A stretch of DNA of 21,612 nt, from assembly GCA_965225945.1 (NCBI GenBank), contig CBDDBZ010000012.1, positions 1 through 21,612 on the forward strand. The letters run 5' to 3'. The position numbers and the translations under genes are program-made. Shown here in pieces: positions 18,069 to 21,612 of this stretch. The notes under the pieces were generated by a model, which worked only from the letters and a program-made list of their open reading frames with translations, was not told where the DNA came from and made no database searches. Position 1 is the stretch's first letter, and each line of letters opens with the position of its first letter. The DNA is from Alphaproteobacteria bacterium. Lineage in GTDB: Bacteria > Pseudomonadota > Alphaproteobacteria > GCA-2731375.

Positions 18069-19055
18069 CGCCGCGATCGCCATATAGCGGCGATCCTGCC
18101 GGCGTTCTGGTTCGACGCCTATCCGCTCTCCCTTGGGCTCGGCGGCAAACTCGACAAGGCGGTCGCCCTATTGCGCAAGCTGGTGCCGGCTCTTTTGCGC
18201 ATCCCTGTCTATTTTTGCGGACATCCGATGGGCGAAGGAAGATTTCTCAGGGCTAGCGATGAATCATTCTCGATCGATCGACAGGTTCTCGCGACGGTGC
18301 GGGAACGGGCGTGGGCCAAGGGCTTGCATTGGATCATATTCAAGGATTTCTCGGAGCCGACGATCCCGACACTCTTTCCGGCGCTGAAGTCGTCGAAGTT
18401 CTTTGCCGTCCAGGGTTTGCCGGACGCCCGGCTCAGGCTGTCGTCGCCGAGCTTCGAGGATTACGTGCGCGATGGCAAATCGAATGCGAAGAGAAATATT
18501 CGTAAGAGACTGCGAAAGTTCGCCAAATTTACGAACTTGCGGATAGAAATCATGGACATGCCCGAAGACATATTTTCGGATATTATGCCCCTTTATTATC
18601 ACGTCTTGGCGCGGGCGAAACTGGAGTTGGAGCGTCTAACGCCGGCCTATTTTACATCCCTGTCGGCGGCCCGAGACATCGACAAGAAATTCGTCGCCTG
18701 TTTTGATGTCGATCGGCTGATTGGATATATCCTCTGCCTGTTTGCGGGGGAAGGCGCGGCCTGCCTTCGCGGTGGCTTCGATTATCAAATGTCCCGTGAA
18801 TCCGGCTGCTATTTTATTCTCCAATACGAATGCATAAAGCTCGCAATTTCGGCTGGCTGTCGGGAGATGAGCTTCTGTCAGACCACCTATCTTCCTAAAC
18901 TGGCGCTGGGTTGCCGTTTGGCGCCTTTCCAGCATATCGCGACGCACAAGAGCGGCTTCTTGCGACCGATCATCCGGCGCCTGTTACCGATGCTGTTCAG
19001 CCGCTATTCCAGAATATGCGGGTTGGATCGTGCCACTGCCGGAGCGCGGCCGTGA
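18069..19055 (+). pseudogene. GNAT/FemAB-like acyltransferase, 3' part
   Basis: RRDRHIAAILPAF...FCGHPMGEG, IIFKDF, SFEDY, LERLTPAYF, GFDY, YF..Y..I.LAI, QTTYLPKLALGC. Confidence 0.82.
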
Positions 19056-19085
19056 CCTCATGGCGGCGAGGGGCGTCAGCCCGTC

Positions 19086-19862
19086 GTGAAATTCCGGTCT
19101 AGGGAAATGTCAATGGTTTCTTCATTCGCCGGTATTGCTGTCATGCTCGGCGTACTTATCCTCGCCTGGCCTGCCGGGTCCGAGGGCCTTCCGGTGAGGC
19201 CCGATCTCGCAAAGGCTGGATGGAAGGTGCTGAAGTTTGCCGGAAAGCCGGCGACGCAATTCACCGGCCGTGCCGACGGTGCCATCGAAGTGACGGCAGC
19301 AGAAAGCGTCGCCATCCTCTATCGCAGGATCTCCGAGGGAGACCGGCAAAAGCGGCAGCTCTCCTGGCGCTGGCGCGTCGACAAGACGACGCCAGCGAGC
19401 GATCTCTCCCGCAAGGGCCATGACGACCGACCCCTGGCCCTTCACCTATGGTTCCCAAAAGACCCGGATAAAACTGGTTTATTGGATAAGTTGAAAACCA
19501 CCATGGCGGGGCTTTTTGATGTGCCCATGCCTGGGAAGGTCCTGACATACGTCTGGGGCGAAAAGGGACGGCGGGGCGACAGCATTATCAACCCCTACAT
19601 TCCATTGGACGGAACTATGGTCATCCTTCGCTCGGGCGACGCCGCGACGGGCCAGTGGTTTGGGGAGCAAATCGACTTCGCTACCGATTTCGAACGTGCC
19701 TTCAATTACCACGCCCCCGCGCCGACCTATGTCGCGGTGTCCGGCGATGCCGACGATACCATGGGGCGAAGCCTGGCGTTGATCATCGATATAGTCTTCA
19801 GCGGCGGGTCCGACCAGCGCAACAATCGTCCAGATTCCGGTGAACTAGCGGCGCTACGTTGA
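19086..19862 (+). CDS. Secreted DUF3047-domain protein
   Basis: Signal-like N-terminus, LSWRWRV, KGHDDRP, LTYVWG, W...DF.RAF, VSGDADDT. Start may be ATG 19107. Confidence 0.85.
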   Translation: MKFRSREMSMVSSFAGIAVMLGVLILAWPAGSEGLPVRPDLAKAGWKVLKFAGKPATQFTGRADGAIEVTAAESVAILYRRISEGDRQKRQLSWRWRVDKTTPASDLSRKGHDDRPLALHLWFPKDPDKTGLLDKLKTTMAGLFDVPMPGKVLTYVWGEKGRRGDSIINPYIPLDGTMVILRSGDAATGQWFGEQIDFATDFERAFNYHAPAPTYVAVSGDADDTMGRSLALIIDIVFSGGSDQRNNRPDSGELAALR

Positions 19863-19930
19863 ACGAGTCTTTTCCGCACCGACGAACGAATTGCGCTATC
19901 CCGGCAACGGCAAAAGCCAACGCCGTCGCT

Positions 19931-19962
19931 ACCGTTCGGAGGCGGCTATTCGGAACGGTTTT
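19931..19962 (+). terminator. Possible intrinsic terminator between convergent genes
   Basis: ACCGTTC...GAACGGT stem followed by a short T run; the inner part pairs imperfectly. Confidence 0.3.
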
Positions 19963-20175
19963 TCGACCGAGCGGCGAGGCTCGAGGCCAAGTTGGCGGGC
20001 GATGCCGACAAACCTGAAAACGCGGGCCGGCCGGCGCGGCGGATAGACGTTGCCACGGGCACGCCATGGGGTCCCGTTTCGAAACTCATCCGGTTGCCGA
20101 CCCCGGGTTCGAGCCGTCTTGTGTCCATGGTCTGGCTCCCTCGATGGTTCGTGACCCGCGGGTGTGACGACCCCT

Positions 20176-20973
20176 CTACGCGCGGCGCGGCGCGACCGCC
20201 TTGTAGACCACGGGCAGCAACGACAGGACCGCAAGCCCCACCAGGGCGACGATGACCTCCGGCGTCAGGATATCCGCCGGCGAGAACTCCCCGCCCATGG
20301 CGAATATGCTGCCCAAGCCCGTCCCGACCGAGGCAAAGACGAAGGAGCCGGGGATGATGCCGATCAGGGTGGTGAGGGCGTAGGTTCTCAGGTCCACACC
20401 GAGGAACGCCGGCACCAGATTGACGACGAAAAACGGGAACAACGGCACCAGGCGCAGCACCAGCAGATAGTTGAACGCGTTTTTCCGGAAACCGGCCTCG
20501 AACTTCTTCAACCAGGGCCCCGCCTTGGCGCGGAGCGGTTCGCCGAGCGACGACTTCGCGGCCATGAAAATCGCCACCGCGCCCGCGGTCGCCGAGAGGA
20601 CGACGAACGTGGTGCCCAACAGCGTGCCGAACAGGAATCCGGCGGCGATGGTCATGACGGCGCCGCCGGGAAAGGAAAAAGCGACGATGGCCGCGTAAAC
20701 CAGGAAGAAGATCGCCGGCGCCAAGATCATATGATCCAAGATGAAATCCTCGAGCAGCATGCGGTTCTCATGCAGGGTCTCGAACGTCAGGTAATCGTCG
20801 AGGCCAAGGGCGAAAAAGCCGATCGAGCCGAGCCCGAGCACGGCGAGGGGGAGCAGCCGCTTCACCGAAATCCGGGCTGTCTCATCCGGCGTTCCCGCCG
20901 GGGCATTCTCGATGGAGCGGGCATCCCCGGAGTCGGACTGGGTTTCGTTCACCATCACATGTTTTCCTTTCAT
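20176..20973 (-). CDS. TVP38/TMEM64 (DedA/VTT) family membrane protein
   Basis: SFPGGAVMTIAAGFLFG, ATAGA, YLLVLRLVPLFPFFVVNL, TLIGIIPG; TAATG coupling to the upstream flavoprotein. Confidence 0.93.
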   Translation of the reverse strand: MKGKHVMVNETQSDSGDARSIENAPAGTPDETARISVKRLLPLAVLGLGSIGFFALGLDDYLTFETLHENRMLLEDFILDHMILAPAIFFLVYAAIVAFSFPGGAVMTIAAGFLFGTLLGTTFVVLSATAGAVAIFMAAKSSLGEPLRAKAGPWLKKFEAGFRKNAFNYLLVLRLVPLFPFFVVNLVPAFLGVDLRTYALTTLIGIIPGSFVFASVGTGLGSIFAMGGEFSPADILTPEVIVALVGLAVLSLLPVVYKAVAPRRA

Positions 20974-21612
20974 TACGGCAAGTGTTGGAGAGCGCCGACC
21001 AGCTTGCGGGTACGATGGCTGAACAGCCTCGGCGTGTAGTAGCTGCCGGTGGCCCGTTTCGAGACCTCGCTCAACGTCGGATAAGGGGCGATCAGGTTGG
21101 CGACGGCGCCGATCGCGAGGCCCTGCTGAATGGCCAGGACCCAGGTCAGGATCAGTTCGCCGGCATGCGCGCCGACGATGGTGGCGCCGAGGATGCGGCC
21201 CTTGCGGCCGACGACGATCTTGATCAAACCGTCGGTCTCGCGCTCGGCCCGCGCCCGGTCGTTCTCGGCGAACGACCCCTTCAGTAACCGGATATCGTCG
21301 CCGAATTGTTCGCGGGCCCGGCGTTCATCGAGGCCGACATGGGCGAGTTCGGGGTCCGTATAGGTCACCCACGGCACCGCCGCGTCGTCGACCTTGGCCG
21401 GAAGATGGAAAAGCGCGTTTCGGATGACGATTCCGGCCTGATAGGCGGCCATGTGGGTGAACTGATAGGCGCCCACCACGTCGCCGATGGCGAAGACCTT
21501 CCTGTTGGTCGTCCGTAGGCGCTTGTCCACCGCTATACCCTCGGGCCGATAATCGATGCCGGCGGCTTCCAGGTTGAGCCCGCCGACATTCGCCCGCCGT
21601 CCGGCGGCGACC
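20973..21612 (-). CDS. Pyridine nucleotide-disulfide oxidoreductase (MerA/Lpd-like), C-terminal part; gene starts right of the window
   Basis: VAAGRRANVGGLNLEAAGI, FAIGDV, QFTHMA, VPWVTYTDPELAHVG, NDRA, ILGATIVG, PYPTLSE. Confidence 0.92.
   Translation of the reverse strand, partial: VAAGRRANVGGLNLEAAGIDYRPEGIAVDKRLRTTNRKVFAIGDVVGAYQFTHMAAYQAGIVIRNALFHLPAKVDDAAVPWVTYTDPELAHVGLDERRAREQFGDDIRLLKGSFAENDRARAERETDGLIKIVVGRKGRILGATIVGAHAGELILTWVLAIQQGLAIGAVANLIAPYPTLSEVSKRATGSYYTPRLFSHRTRKLVGALQHLP

Noticed and set aside
20076-20116. GTTTCGAAAC palindrome and GGGTTCGAGCC resembling a tRNA T-arm
   Set aside because: No acceptor, D or anticodon arms can be formed.
20973-21612. Calling the flavoprotein merA or lpdA
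   Set aside because: It lacks the MerA C-terminal Cys-Cys, has YPT rather than the Lpd HPT motif, and no mer or 2-oxoacid dehydrogenase genes are nearby.
1-21612. Many long overlapping/antisense ORFs (e.g. 2720-3940 +, 5743-7053 -, 17083-18045 -, 20164-21039 +) and any CRISPR array
   Set aside because: The ORFs are Arg/Pro/Ala-rich shadows expected in high-GC DNA opposite well-supported genes; no regularly spaced repeat-spacer array or cas gene was seen.

Overview
GC-rich, probably alphaproteobacterial chromosomal window with heavy IS damage. Left half: partial Sel1-repeat gene, AbrB/Doc toxin-antitoxin pair with a palindromic operator, histidine phosphatase, DJ-1/PfpI protein, HAMP-GGDEF-EAL protein, a truncated IS256, an LLM oxidoreductase / TauD / methyltransferase cluster, several pseudogenes and a lactonase. 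Right half: a YHS - DUF547 - SDR - GNAT - DUF3047 locus converging on TVP38/TMEM64 and a MerA-like flavoprotein. Three ISs lie in or beside it: a degenerate IS3-like element with an unusually long 14-bp target duplication, an intact IS110 (IS1111-type) element splitting the YHS gene, and an intact IS1595 element splitting the GNAT gene. Highlight: the IS110 right-hand non-coding region folds by eye into a two-loop bridge/seek RNA whose four guide segments match this copy's own insertion site and its own circle junction. All family calls are from motif recognition, not database searches.
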